Shown: positions 48,395 to 56,649, numbered from the stretch's first letter. The stretch: 64,000 nt of DNA from Thermoplasmata archaeon (GCA_034667725.1 JAXDQS010000001.1:192001-256000); one strand, 5' to 3'. Notes: a model not told the origin generated them from the letters alone. Made by a program: numbers and translations.

Positions 48395-48575
48395 CCGCGC
48401 CGACTTCGCTGCGGCGAAGCCGGCGTCCCCTGCGGCCGTCCTGACGGCCGGCCGCAGGGTCCGCATCGCTTGCCCGGCGCTTGCGCGCGGGCCCGCTCGC
48501 TACGCGGCTTCGATCCCGCACACCTGCCTCATGCGCTCGGCCTGCGGCGCGCTCCGCGCGGCCGCTCGCCGGCGT
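48395..48575. repeat. Palindrome-rich tRNA trailer containing an antisense T-arm copy
   Basis: Hairpins CGCCG.CTTCGC..GCGAAGCCGGCG and CCCTGCGGCCG..CGGCCGCAGGG. 48500-48519 is complementary to tRNA positions 48591-48611. Confidence 0.65.
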
Positions 48576-48582
48576 CAGTGAG

Positions 48583-48653
48583 TGCGGGTAGCGGGAATCG
48601 AACCCGCGTAGGCAGCTTGGGAAGCTGCAGTCATACCATTAGACCATACCCGC
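48583..48653 (-). tRNA. tRNA-Gly(CCC), intronless, CCA not encoded
   Basis: GCGGGTA-TG-GTCTAATGGTATGAC-T-GCAGC-TTCCCAA-GCTGC-CTAC-GCGGG-TTCGATT-CCCGC-TACCCGC-A folds as a cloverleaf. Confidence 0.95.
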
Positions 48654-49061
48654 GTGGGAGAGGCGCTCCTGGATGGCGGCGGCCGCGTTGGCCAGCTCCT
48701 CGGCGTCCTGGGAAGCGGCCTCGAACGCCTGCTGGATGGCGGCGACGCGCTCCTGCAAGGCGCGGGCGACGTCGGCCGGCGGCGCCTCGGTGGAGTAGCC
48801 GGCGCCGATCGGCAGCAGCACGGGGGCGGCGCCATCGACCTGGGCGCGCACGTGGACGCCCGCGCCCAGGGGCACGAGGGCCTCCTGGGGGCCGCCGGCC
48901 TGGGCGAGCGCCTCGACGGCCGCGGCCGCCTGCTGGGTCTCGAGCATCTGCTGCTCGATGGCGGCCATGCGGCGGTCCATGCGCTGGAGCTCGCGCTGCA
49001 CGACCTCGAACTGCGCCATCAGCTGCTCCGGGCGCTCGCTGGCCTCGGGGGCGTCCGCCAT
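48639..49061 (-). CDS. pfdA: Prefoldin subunit alpha
   Basis: Coiled coils flanking LVPLGAGVHV..VLLPIGAGY. Conserved position after LX. Confidence 0.9.
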   Translation of the reverse strand: MADAPEASERPEQLMAQFEVVQRELQRMDRRMAAIEQQMLETQQAAAAVEALAQAGGPQEALVPLGAGVHVRAQVDGAAPVLLPIGAGYSTEAPPADVARALQERVAAIQQAFEAASQDAEELANAAAAIQERLSHAGMV

Positions 49062-49065
49062 CGGC

Positions 49066-49299
49066 TTACTTGCCCTTGAGCTCGACGCGCGCGGTCGCGT
49101 CCGTGACGTCCTCGGCCTTGATGGCCTTGGCCGACGCGATGCTAATCTGGCGGCGCTCGACGCCGTGGCGGCTGCCGAGGGTGGCCAGCACGCGCTCGCG
49201 GGCGGCGGCCTCGTCCTTCGCGACGACCTGCAGGATGAAGTGCTGGCGGACGCGGCCCATCTGGAATTCGCCTTCGACTTGGTACGGCTTGTTGCTCAT
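49066..49299 (-). CDS. rpl18a: 50S ribosomal protein eL20 (LX/L18Ae)
   Basis: MSNKPYQVEGEF..ERVLATLGSRHGVERRQISI, and synteny. Confidence 0.9.
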   Translation of the reverse strand: MSNKPYQVEGEFQMGRVRQHFILQVVAKDEAAARERVLATLGSRHGVERRQISIASAKAIKAEDVTDATARVELKGK

Positions 49300-49310
49300 G
49301 GTGATGACCT

Positions 49311-49979
49311 CTACTCTAGGAATCCGAGGGCCTCGTCGATGCGCCCCAGCTCGATGCCGGTGGTGCGCGAGCCGCAGGCGGCGCCGTTCTGGTTGGCGGC
49401 GATGCCTGCGCCCACGAGGCCGTGCCCGTGGTTGACCGTCCCGATACGGACGGGGGCATTGAGGGTTTTCTTCAGGAGGGCCAGCTCGCCCTCGGTGGCC
49501 AGCGGGTGGCACAGCACGCCGCGGTTGGTGGCGACCCCGGCGGAGCCGACGGTGGGCAGGCCGGCGACCGACCCCTTCTCGACGGGGACGCCGAGCGCCT
49601 TCTCGACGGCGCGGACGGCCTTGGCGGACAGGTCCGGGTGGACGTAGGCGCCGTGGTCGTTGCACAGGATGTTGTTGCCGGCGGCGTTGAGCTTCGCGTT
49701 CTCCAGCCGGACGGCGGCAAGGCCGGCGGCGCGGAACGGCTCCAGGTCGCGCTCGGAGGCGAAGTCCGCCACCACGACGCCGTTCTTGTTGGCGGCCACC
49801 AGGGAGCCGATCAGCTCGGAGCCGCCCACCATCAAGCGCACGGCGTCCAAGCCGAGGGCCTCCTGGAGGTCGCTGACGTTCTGGTCGGTCAGGCCGGGCG
49901 GCACGAACAGGTGCGTGCTGGTCGCACGGACGTACACCCCGACGTTCGGGTTGCCGAATGGGTCGAGGCGCTTGAACAA
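49311..49979 (-). CDS. eif6: Translation initiation factor 6 (aIF-6)
   Basis: Motifs GNPNVGVY, GNNILCND, TVGS..VATNRGVLCHP, GTVNHG, TTGIEL.RI. Confidence 0.95.
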   Translation of the reverse strand: MFKRLDPFGNPNVGVYVRATSTHLFVPPGLTDQNVSDLQEALGLDAVRLMVGGSELIGSLVAANKNGVVVADFASERDLEPFRAAGLAAVRLENAKLNAAGNNILCNDHGAYVHPDLSAKAVRAVEKALGVPVEKGSVAGLPTVGSAGVATNRGVLCHPLATEGELALLKKTLNAPVRIGTVNHGHGLVGAGIAANQNGAACGSRTTGIELGRIDEALGFLE

Positions 49980-50002
49980 GGTGCCCTCCGCGCGGCGCGG
50001 CC

Positions 50003-50626
50003 TTAGTCCTGCTTCTCGGCAGGCTTGTCGTCGCTGGGCTCGGCGCCCTTGCCCGAAAGCAGGGCCTTCGCGTCGGCGATGAGGCCGGCGAGCTTCTCCT
50101 CGGCGATGCCCGAGGCCTCGGCGGCCTCCTTGGCGTCCGCCGCGGCAAGCTCCTGCACGGTGTGGATCTCGGCCTTGTCAAGCTTCTCGGCCATCGCGGG
50201 CCCGATGCCCTTGACGTCGGTGACCGGCTTGTCGTCCGGGCCGTGGGTGTGGCCGTCCTCGCCCTCGTCGGCCTCGGGGGCCTTCAGGACGGGGCTCTCG
50301 GCGGCCTTCTCGCGGCGGGCCTGGATGGCCGTGCGCACGGAGCCCTCCTGGGCGGCCTCGGGGAGCGTGACCTCGACGACGCCGTCGCTGAAGCGGGTGG
50401 CGCGGACGCGGATGCGGCTCGGGATCATGAACTTGCCACGGGCCCACAGCGCCTGGTTGACCTCGTTGTCCAGCCAGATGTCGTCGGACTTCATGTGGCG
50501 GGACAGGAAGCGCTTGACGTCGCGCACGGCCAGGTCGGCGCGGCGCGAGCGGACGAGGTCCTTGGTCTTGCGGAGCGGGATGGTGTAGATGCGCTCGAGC
50601 TCGGAGGTGGTGGTCTTGTCTGCCAT
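50003..50626 (-). CDS. rpl31e: 50S ribosomal protein eL31 with a C-terminal helix-hairpin-helix extension
   Basis: ERIYTIPLR..RHMK..VNQALWARG..PSRIRV, then DVKGIGPAMAEKL..IHTVQELA. GAGGTG SD upstream. Confidence 0.9.
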   Translation of the reverse strand: MADKTTTSELERIYTIPLRKTKDLVRSRRADLAVRDVKRFLSRHMKSDDIWLDNEVNQALWARGKFMIPSRIRVRATRFSDGVVEVTLPEAAQEGSVRTAIQARREKAAESPVLKAPEADEGEDGHTHGPDDKPVTDVKGIGPAMAEKLDKAEIHTVQELAAADAKEAAEASGIAEEKLAGLIADAKALLSGKGAEPSDDKPAEKQD

Positions 50627-50636
50627 GGTCTGCACC

Positions 50637-50792
50637 TCACATCTTCAGGTGGCTCTTGCGCCAGGTGCGGCGCTTCGGGTGGCTGGTGAAGCGGCGCGCC
50701 GTCCGGATCGTGATCCAGGCCGGGACACGGCGGTTGCTTTTCTCCGCCCTCATGAGGCGGAGCTTCTTTCCGAGCGGCTTGCGGCTTCCCAT
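50637..50792 (-). CDS. rpl39e: 50S ribosomal protein eL39 (absent from the ORF track)
   Basis: Manual translation: MGSRKPLGKKLRLMRAEKSNRRVPAWITIRTARRFTSHPKRRTWRKSHLKM*. Confidence 0.93.
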   Translation of the reverse strand: MGSRKPLGKKLRLMRAEKSNRRVPAWITIRTARRFTSHPKRRTWRKSHLKM

Positions 50793-50815
50793 TGTGGTTC
50801 ACTCCCCTTGCGGGG

Positions 50816-51166
50816 TCACTTGCGTGTGATGCTGATGTCGCGGTCCTTCGGCGTCAGTTGGGCGAGGACCTGGCGAAGGTCCACGTCCGACAGGCGCCGC
50901 GCGAGCCGGCCCTGCTGCGCCAGGGTCGCCAACTGGTTGGCGACCGCGGCAGCCAGGTCGGGCCTGCTCATGCGGATGCGGGTGAGGCGCTCGCGCGCCT
51001 CGGGCTCCAGGACCTGCTGCAGGAGGCGCTCCAACGCGGCCTCCTCGGCGGCGGCCCGACGGGCCTCCGCCTGGGCCTGCGCCGCCGGGTCCTGGGCGGC
51101 GGCGCGGGCCTGTTGCGCCTGGAGCTCGGCCAGCCGCCTGCGGCGGGCCGCTTCCAGGTCGTCCAT
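50816..51166 (-). CDS. PDCD5-like dsDNA-binding protein
   Basis: LEAARRRRLAELQ..LEPEARERLTRIRMSRP..ISITRK, and synteny with eS19. Confidence 0.92.
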   Translation of the reverse strand: MDDLEAARRRRLAELQAQQARAAAQDPAAQAQAEARRAAAEEAALERLLQQVLEPEARERLTRIRMSRPDLAAAVANQLATLAQQGRLARRLSDVDLRQVLAQLTPKDRDISITRK

Positions 51167-51178
51167 TGCTGTGCTCCC

Positions 51179-51631
51179 CTAGTACTTCTCCAAAGCCGGG
51201 ATGTCCTTCTGGATCGTCTGCCGCACGGCGTGCGCGGCGTTGTCCATCAGGCTCCGGCCCTGGGCGGTCACGATGCGGCCCTTGGCCTGGACCGTCTGGA
51301 CCAGGCCCGCCTCCTCGAGCTGCTGCAGGGCCGTGCGGGCGATGGAGCCCGAGCCCTTCACAGCGCGGTTCGGCTTGTTGCCGCGGTCGCGGTACCCACC
51401 GAAGTGGGCCCGCAGCTTCTCGGTGCCGATGGGGCCTTCCGTGTACACCTTGCGGAGCACGGCGGCGACCCGCGTGTGCCACCAGTCGTCTTGGACGGGA
51501 GGCTTCTCCGTGTGGATGCCGGTCTTGACGAACGGCGCCCACTCCGGAGCCTCGATCTGCTTGACGTCCTGAAGGCGCTTGGAGGCCTCCGTGATCAAGG
51601 CAGTGGCAGGGACATCGAACGCGGTGGTCAT
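51179..51631 (-). CDS. rps19e: 30S ribosomal protein eS19
   Basis: Motifs PEWAPFVKTG, DWWHTRVAAVLRKVY, GSGSIARTALQQLE. Confidence 0.96.
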   Translation of the reverse strand: MTTAFDVPATALITEASKRLQDVKQIEAPEWAPFVKTGIHTEKPPVQDDWWHTRVAAVLRKVYTEGPIGTEKLRAHFGGYRDRGNKPNRAVKGSGSIARTALQQLEEAGLVQTVQAKGRIVTAQGRSLMDNAAHAVRQTIQKDIPALEKY

Positions 51632-51677
51632 TCCAGTGACGCTCCCAGGGGTGCAGGCTGCGCCGAAGAAGGGGGGG

Positions 51678-51690
51678 TATAAACCTGTTT
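51678..51690 (-). promoter_or_regulatory. BRE/TATA of the rps19e operon
   Basis: Minus strand reads AAACAGGTTTATA about 47 nt upstream of the rps19e ATG. Confidence 0.6.
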
Positions 51691-51720
51691 GGGAGAGACA
51701 GGTCTGGAGGGCGTTGGAGA

Positions 51721-52167
51721 CTACCCCGCCTTCGCCACCGCCACCGTCCCGTCCGCCGTGGCGTTCACGGCGTCGCAGCCCATGAACAGCGTGGTGCCGT
51801 TGCCGTAGGTCTCGCCTTCGGCGGCGGTGCCTTCGGACATGCCGTCGCCGTCTTCGTCGTAGAGGACCGAGCAGCCGGCGGGGACGTCGATGGCGACCAC
51901 GATGCTGTCGCCGTCCAGGGTCACGAGGTCGCAGCCGGCGACGGTGGGGCCTTGGGCGCCGATGACGTAGCCGGGCTCGGAGGTGCAGGTGTGCTCGGTG
52001 GCGGCGGCGGACGCGCCGGGCTCGGCGGGAGCGTCGGTGGGGGGCGCGCCGTCGGTGCCGGTCGTGGGGGTCGTCCCAGTGGCGGTGTCGGTCGCATCGT
52101 CGGAGGAGGCGCAGCCGGAGGCCGCGAGGGCGAGGGCAAGCAGCAAGGCGGGCGTCAGGGGTTGCAT
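51721..52167 (-). CDS. Lipoprotein
   Basis: Lipobox in ALALAASGC, a Thr/Pro linker and a small Cys-containing domain. Confidence 0.7.
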   Translation of the reverse strand: MQPLTPALLLALALAASGCASSDDATDTATGTTPTTGTDGAPPTDAPAEPGASAAATEHTCTSEPGYVIGAQGPTVAGCDLVTLDGDSIVVAIDVPAGCSVLYDEDGDGMSEGTAAEGETYGNGTTLFMGCDAVNATADGTVAVAKAG

Positions 52168-52228
52168 GGGAACCGGCCTTCCACGCGCCGGGTGGCTTGA
52201 TGAGCCTTGGTGGCGCGACGGCGAAACG

Positions 52229-53032
52229 TCAGACCAGCCCGAGCGCGATGAGCGGCCCCATCGCCAGCAGCAGGGCGCCCACGAGGATGCGGACGCCGGC
52301 GACGGTGGCGTGCGGGAGCAGGCGGGCGCCGAGGAACGCCCCCGCGAACGCCATCAATACGGCGCCGGCCAGCACGCCCCAGCCGCCCGCGGCCGTGATG
52401 GAGGCGGCGTCGCTGGCGTGCCGGCCCGAGTAGACGGCGAGGCGCGCGACGTCCACGAAGATAGCGCACATGACGCCGGTGGCGACGAAGGCGCGCGGCG
52501 ACAGTCCGAGCTTGGCGAGGAACACGCTGCGGAGGGCGCCCTGGTGGCCGGACAGGCCGCCGAAGAAGCCGGACAGCAGGCCGCCGGCAACGAGGTGCCG
52601 CTTGCCCGCTTGCAAGCGGCGCAGCGCGGGCACCAGGTCGAGGAGCGCGAACGCGACGACGAGGAGGCCGACGGTGAGGCCGATGGGCGTCACGGCGCGC
52701 GGGCCGCCGAGGTCGTACCGCCATGCCGGCCCGCCTTCGAGCAGCAGCAGGACGCCGGCGCCGGCGACCGCCGCGAGGGTGGCGGGAATCCCGAAGCGGA
52801 GCACGGTCGGCCCGTGGGCGGCGCGTCCCAGCAGCGCGCCCTTGGCGAGGTTGTTGGCGAGGTGGACGACGGCCGTCGCGGCGATTGCGACCTCGAGGGG
52901 GAACGCGAGCGCGAAGGCCGGCAGGAGCAGCGTGCCGAGGCCGAAGCCGGAGAACAGGGTCAGGAGGCTCGCAAGGAAGGCGACGGCGAGGATCGCCGCG
53001 ACCCGCCAGTCCAGCCCTTCCACGTGCGGCAA
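52229..53032 (-). CDS. Sulfite exporter TauE/SafE family membrane protein
   Basis: Motifs FSGFGLGTLLLP and GGLLSGFFGGLSGHQGA; multi-TM. Confidence 0.85.
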   Translation of the reverse strand: MPHVEGLDWRVAAILAVAFLASLLTLFSGFGLGTLLLPAFALAFPLEVAIAATAVVHLANNLAKGALLGRAAHGPTVLRFGIPATLAAVAGAGVLLLLEGGPAWRYDLGGPRAVTPIGLTVGLLVVAFALLDLVPALRRLQAGKRHLVAGGLLSGFFGGLSGHQGALRSVFLAKLGLSPRAFVATGVMCAIFVDVARLAVYSGRHASDAASITAAGGWGVLAGAVLMAFAGAFLGARLLPHATVAGVRILVGALLLAMGPLIALGLV

Positions 53033-53048
53033 GCGGGGGCGTGGCGCA

Positions 53049-53933
53049 TCAGGCTTGCCACACGCGGTCGAGGAACGCCGCGACGCGCGCCTCGTACTCG
53101 GCTTGGGCGTGCTCGTGCGCCTCGACGTGGCCGGCGCCTTCGACCTTCCACACGTCGGCGCGCTCGGCGCTGCGGTGCAGCTCGTCCACCTGGTCGGGCG
53201 TGACGGCGGTGTCCGCGGCGCCTTGCACCAGCAGGATGGGGCCGTGGTAGTCGACCAGCCACTCGACGGGGGCGTGGTTGCCGAGGTCGACGCCGATGCT
53301 CATGCCCGCGAACTGGACGGCGAGCGGGCCGAACGGCCATTTCGGGAGCCCCGTGAACTCGGAGATCGAGGTCTCGACGATGCGTTGCAGGCGGCTGAAG
53401 GCGCCGTCGGTCACGATGCCGTCGATGCGCGGGTCGAGGGCGGCGACGTGGATGGCGGTGGCGCCGCCCATGCTCCAGCCGAGCAGGACGACCGCGGGGT
53501 CGGCGTGGCCGGTCTTGTTCTCCAGCCAGTCGAGGGCGCCTTGGACGTCGGCCACCTCGTCCAGGCCGACGGTGGTGTGGTCGCCGCCGGATTGGCCGTG
53601 CGCGCGGAAGTCGAACGCCAGCACGTTGACGGAGTGGTTGTGCAGCGACGGGTAGAGCGGCAGCCCTTGGTCCTTGGCGTCGCCGTAGCCGTGCAGGAAC
53701 AGCACCGTCTGGTCCGTGGTCGCGTTCGCCGGCATCCACCAGCCCACCAGCGGGACGCCGTCGCGGGCGGTGAAGTTCGCCCAGGTCCAGGCCAGCCCCA
53801 TGTCCGTCGGCGTGCCGGCGCCGGTGTCGCGAGCCGGATGCAGGAGGTCTTGGCCCGCTTTCCAGGACACTGCCAGGACCGCGGCGAGCAGCAAGGCCAC
53901 GGCGGCCAGGAGGACCTTCCAGCGGCGCCTCAC
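53049..53933 (-). CDS. Alpha/beta hydrolase with N-terminal membrane anchor
   Basis: Motifs LHGY, FDFRAHGQSGG, nucleophile GWSMGG, G..D and GAGH. Confidence 0.9.
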   Translation of the reverse strand: MRRRWKVLLAAVALLLAAVLAVSWKAGQDLLHPARDTGAGTPTDMGLAWTWANFTARDGVPLVGWWMPANATTDQTVLFLHGYGDAKDQGLPLYPSLHNHSVNVLAFDFRAHGQSGGDHTTVGLDEVADVQGALDWLENKTGHADPAVVLLGWSMGGATAIHVAALDPRIDGIVTDGAFSRLQRIVETSISEFTGLPKWPFGPLAVQFAGMSIGVDLGNHAPVEWLVDYHGPILLVQGAADTAVTPDQVDELHRSAERADVWKVEGAGHVEAHEHAQAEYEARVAAFLDRVWQA

Positions 53934-53986
53934 GCCCTGGGGATGCGTCCAGCCGCGGAGGGCCTTTGCGCCCTGGGCAACCCGAA

Positions 53987-54262
53987 TCAGGCGCGCCAGA
54001 AGACCGCGGTGTGCCCGCGAATCTCCACCAGTTGCGCGTCGGCGCCGTCCGCGAGCTGCTGCGCCTGGGCCTCCGTCGTGGTGCCGCCCTCGGTCGCCGA
54101 GGGCAGCAGCCGGACCTTGACGAGCTTGTGCTTGTGCAGCTGCGCCTTCAGCTCCTTGACGACGGTGTCGTTGACGCCGAGCTTGCCGACGTGCAGCGAC
54201 ACCGCGAGCTGGTTGGCCTCCGCGCGCTTGGCGCGCAGCTGGTCGGGGTTCAGGCGGTTCAT
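53987..54262 (-). CDS. YhbY/CRM-domain RNA-binding protein
   Basis: HVGKLGV..ELKAQL..HKLVKVRLL..IRGHTAVFWR. Confidence 0.88.
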   Translation of the reverse strand: MNRLNPDQLRAKRAEANQLAVSLHVGKLGVNDTVVKELKAQLHKHKLVKVRLLPSATEGGTTTEAQAQQLADGADAQLVEIRGHTAVFWRA

Positions 54263-54567
54263 GGCAAGGGTCTCCGGGCGACGTGGCCGCAGGCGAGGCA
54301 GGTCGTGGCGACGCGGCCCGCCCGCAGCCGGGTGCGGCTGGTGGCCACGCTGCGGAACGCGCCGCACGCCCGGCACAGCTGCGCCTTCTGGTGGCGGGCG
54401 AGGCCGGTCTGGTATTTCTGCGCGATGCGCAGCGCCAGGTCGACGTGGCGGTGCGGCAGCGGCGAGGCGGGATGCGCGAGGCGCTCGGCCCGCGCGGCCG
54501 CGAGCAGCAGGTCGATGCGGGCGGCGGCGACCGCGCGCTCCTCGCCCTTGTCGCGGCGCCGGGCCAT
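54259..54567 (-). CDS. rnp4: Ribonuclease P protein component 4 (Rpp21)
   Basis: A..RI..L, LA.RIAQK, CRAC..CLACG..RRP. Adjacent to yhbY, as in many archaea. Confidence 0.85.
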   Translation of the reverse strand: MARRRDKGEERAVAAARIDLLLAAARAERLAHPASPLPHRHVDLALRIAQKYQTGLARHQKAQLCRACGAFRSVATSRTRLRAGRVATTCLACGHVARRPLP

Positions 54568-54617
54568 GGGCGGCCGACCTGGGGCCGGCGTTAAGAGCGT
54601 GGCGTCGGTGCGGACGC

Positions 54618-55103
54618 ATGCGCATCCGGACGGGCCGGACGGGCGACCTGGGCTGGATGCTCCACCGCCAAGCGGTCGTGTACGCCGAGGAGTTCGGCTA
54701 CCATCCGGTGTTCGAGGCGTACGTGGCGCGCGGCATCCCGCCGTTCTTGGACCACTTCGACAAGGCGCGCGACGGCGTCTGGGTGGCGGAGGACCAGGCC
54801 GGGCAGCCGCTCGGGTTCATCGCAATCCAGCACGACAAGGAGCGCGAAGGCTGGGCCAAGCTGCGCTGGTTCCTGGTGGAGGCGGAGGCGCGCGGCATGG
54901 GGGCTGGGCGACGCCTCATGGACGAGGCGCTGGGCTTCGCGCGCAAGGCCGGCTACAAGGGCATCTACCTCTGGACGGTGGACGACCTCGCCGCCGCCCG
55001 CCGGGTGTACGAGCGCGCCGGCTTCCAGTTGGCGTACCAGGATCCGCATCCGTGCGCGTGGGCGCCGTGGGGGCACGAGCAGCGCTGGGAACTGGTGCTG
55101 TGA
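54618..55103 (+). CDS. GNAT acetyltransferase
   Basis: GDLGW..Y..EFG, AKLRWFLVE.EARGMGAG, LWT..L.AARRVYE.AGF. Confidence 0.88.
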   Translation: MRIRTGRTGDLGWMLHRQAVVYAEEFGYHPVFEAYVARGIPPFLDHFDKARDGVWVAEDQAGQPLGFIAIQHDKEREGWAKLRWFLVEAEARGMGAGRRLMDEALGFARKAGYKGIYLWTVDDLAAARRVYERAGFQLAYQDPHPCAWAPWGHEQRWELVL

Positions 55104-55736
55104 GTGGAGCGCGCGGCCAATGCGTGGGACCGCTTCTACCGTTACCACGAGGCGCCGTGGCGGGGCGAGCGTGCCGTCGAGAACCTCCTCCCGCTCTTGG
55201 GGCCAGGCCCCGTGCTTGAGCTGGGGTCGGGCAACGGCAAGCTCCTGAAGCCCCTCGCCGCCGCCGGCGTCCGCGTCGTCGGCCTCGACGTCTCGTGGCA
55301 CATCCTGCGCCGCCTGCCCGGCGCCATCCCCGCCGTGCTCGCCGACGCCGCCAGCCTCCCGTTCGCCGACGCCGCGTTCACGGCGGTGCTGGACGTCCAC
55401 TGCACCGGCCACCTCCTGGCCGCCGGCCGCGCGCAGGCCGCCCGCGAAGCGTGGCGGGTGCTGCGGCCCGGCGGAATCCTCGTCGTCGAGCGCCTCACGC
55501 CCAACGACCTGCGCGCCGGCCAAGGCAGCCCCGTGCCCGGCGAGCCCGGCGTCCGCGCTTTACAAGACGGCCGCACGACCCACTTCGCCACGCCGGAGGC
55601 GTTGGCGGAGGGGTTCGTGGCGGCCGGGTTCACGCCGCTGGGCGCGGAGCTGGAGCGGCGGGAGCCGGGCCATCGCGGCCGCTTGGTCGTGCGGGAGTCG
55701 GTGCGGGCCGTGTTCGCGAAGCCGGCTGGTGCCTGA
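55104..55736 (+). CDS. Class I SAM-dependent methyltransferase
   Basis: Motifs VLELGSGNG, GLDVS, ADAASLPFAD, RVLRPGG. Confidence 0.88.
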   Translation: MERAANAWDRFYRYHEAPWRGERAVENLLPLLGPGPVLELGSGNGKLLKPLAAAGVRVVGLDVSWHILRRLPGAIPAVLADAASLPFADAAFTAVLDVHCTGHLLAAGRAQAAREAWRVLRPGGILVVERLTPNDLRAGQGSPVPGEPGVRALQDGRTTHFATPEALAEGFVAAGFTPLGAELERREPGHRGRLVVRESVRAVFAKPAGA

Positions 55737-56649
55737 AGCTGCCTTGCGACAACGGGATGCCGGCCCGTTCGAAGGCAACCTTGAGCGCCGCCTGGAGCCG
55801 GTCTTGCGACTGGGGGTCGTGGACGCGCGCGGCGAACTCCTCCAGCCCTGAGCCAGGGCCCGCGTGGGCGGCCATGCGGGCGTCGAGGACGGGCAGCACG
55901 CCTTCGAGGTAGCCCCACGGCGCCGTGTATGCCGACTGGATGCCGGTGGCGGCGAGGGCCTCGGCGACCTGGGTCGGCGTGATGCCTCCCGTGAGCGGGT
56001 ATGCGGGCGCGTGGTTGGCGAACGTCGTGAGGCCCGCGTCGGCCAGCGCGCGCAGCGTGTCGAGGCGGGCCTGGATGGGCGGGGCGCCGGGCTCCAGGAT
56101 GGCGCGCACCCGGTCGTCGAGGGTCGGCACCGACAGCCCGACCTCCAGGTCCGAGAAGCGCCGCAGCAGGTCCATGTCGCGCAGCACCAGCGGGCTCCGG
56201 GTGAGGACGCGCACCGGCCAGTCGGCGCGCAGCAGCAGCTCCAGGCAGGCCCGTGTGACCTTGTGCTCGCGCTCGACGGGCTGGTAGCAGTCCGTGGCCG
56301 TGCTGAGGTACACCCGGCGCGGCTCCTTGCTGGCCAGCTCGCGCCGCAGCAGGGTCGGCAGGTTGGTCTTGACCGCGACGAAGCTGCCCCAGCGCGTCCG
56401 GTCTGTCCGCATCGTGTCCGGGACGTAGCAGTAGCCGCAATCATGCAGGCAGCCGACGTACGGATTCAGCGACCAGCAGGGGAAGCCCATCGCGGCCTCG
56501 GTGAGCGCGGACTTCGCCTCGATCTCCTGGACTTGGCGCGACCCGTAGGCGGTGCGGCCCGCCCCCTTCTCCAAGGCGTCGATGCGCAGTTGGCCGAGCG
56601 GGCGGGCGCGGCGAAGCGTGGGATGCTGGCGGTCGTCGCGCGCCTCCAT
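55630..56649 (-). CDS. Radical SAM protein, spore-photoproduct-lyase-like family
   Basis: LNPYVGCLHDCGYCY (CxxxCxxC), STATDCYQP.E, LTRSPLVLRD, EPGAP. The 3' end overlaps the convergent methyltransferase. Confidence 0.88.
   Translation of the reverse strand: MEARDDRQHPTLRRARPLGQLRIDALEKGAGRTAYGSRQVQEIEAKSALTEAAMGFPCWSLNPYVGCLHDCGYCYVPDTMRTDRTRWGSFVAVKTNLPTLLRRELASKEPRRVYLSTATDCYQPVEREHKVTRACLELLLRADWPVRVLTRSPLVLRDMDLLRRFSDLEVGLSVPTLDDRVRAILEPGAPPIQARLDTLRALADAGLTTFANHAPAYPLTGGITPTQVAEALAATGIQSAYTAPWGYLEGVLPVLDARMAAHAGPGSGLEEFAARVHDPQSQDRLQAALKVAFERAGIPLSQGSFRHQPASRTRPAPTPARPSGRDGPAPAAPAPRPAA

Noticed and set aside
43829-48466. 1545-aa minus-strand ORF as a single protein
   Set aside because: The part upstream of 45295 is the antisense shadow of two plus-strand genes. 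Only tfb and the terminal small ORF look coding.
48395-48583. Prophage or integrative element att site at tRNA-Gly
   Set aside because: The tRNA-like fragment is inverted rather than direct, and there is no integrase or second direct copy in the window.
49066-50181. 371-aa ORF joining upstream sequence to LX, and similar N-terminal extensions (trm1 35581, yhbY 54625, wHTH 40410, GNAT 52470)
   Set aside because: The extensions overlap other real genes or lack motifs. Internal starts match known family lengths.
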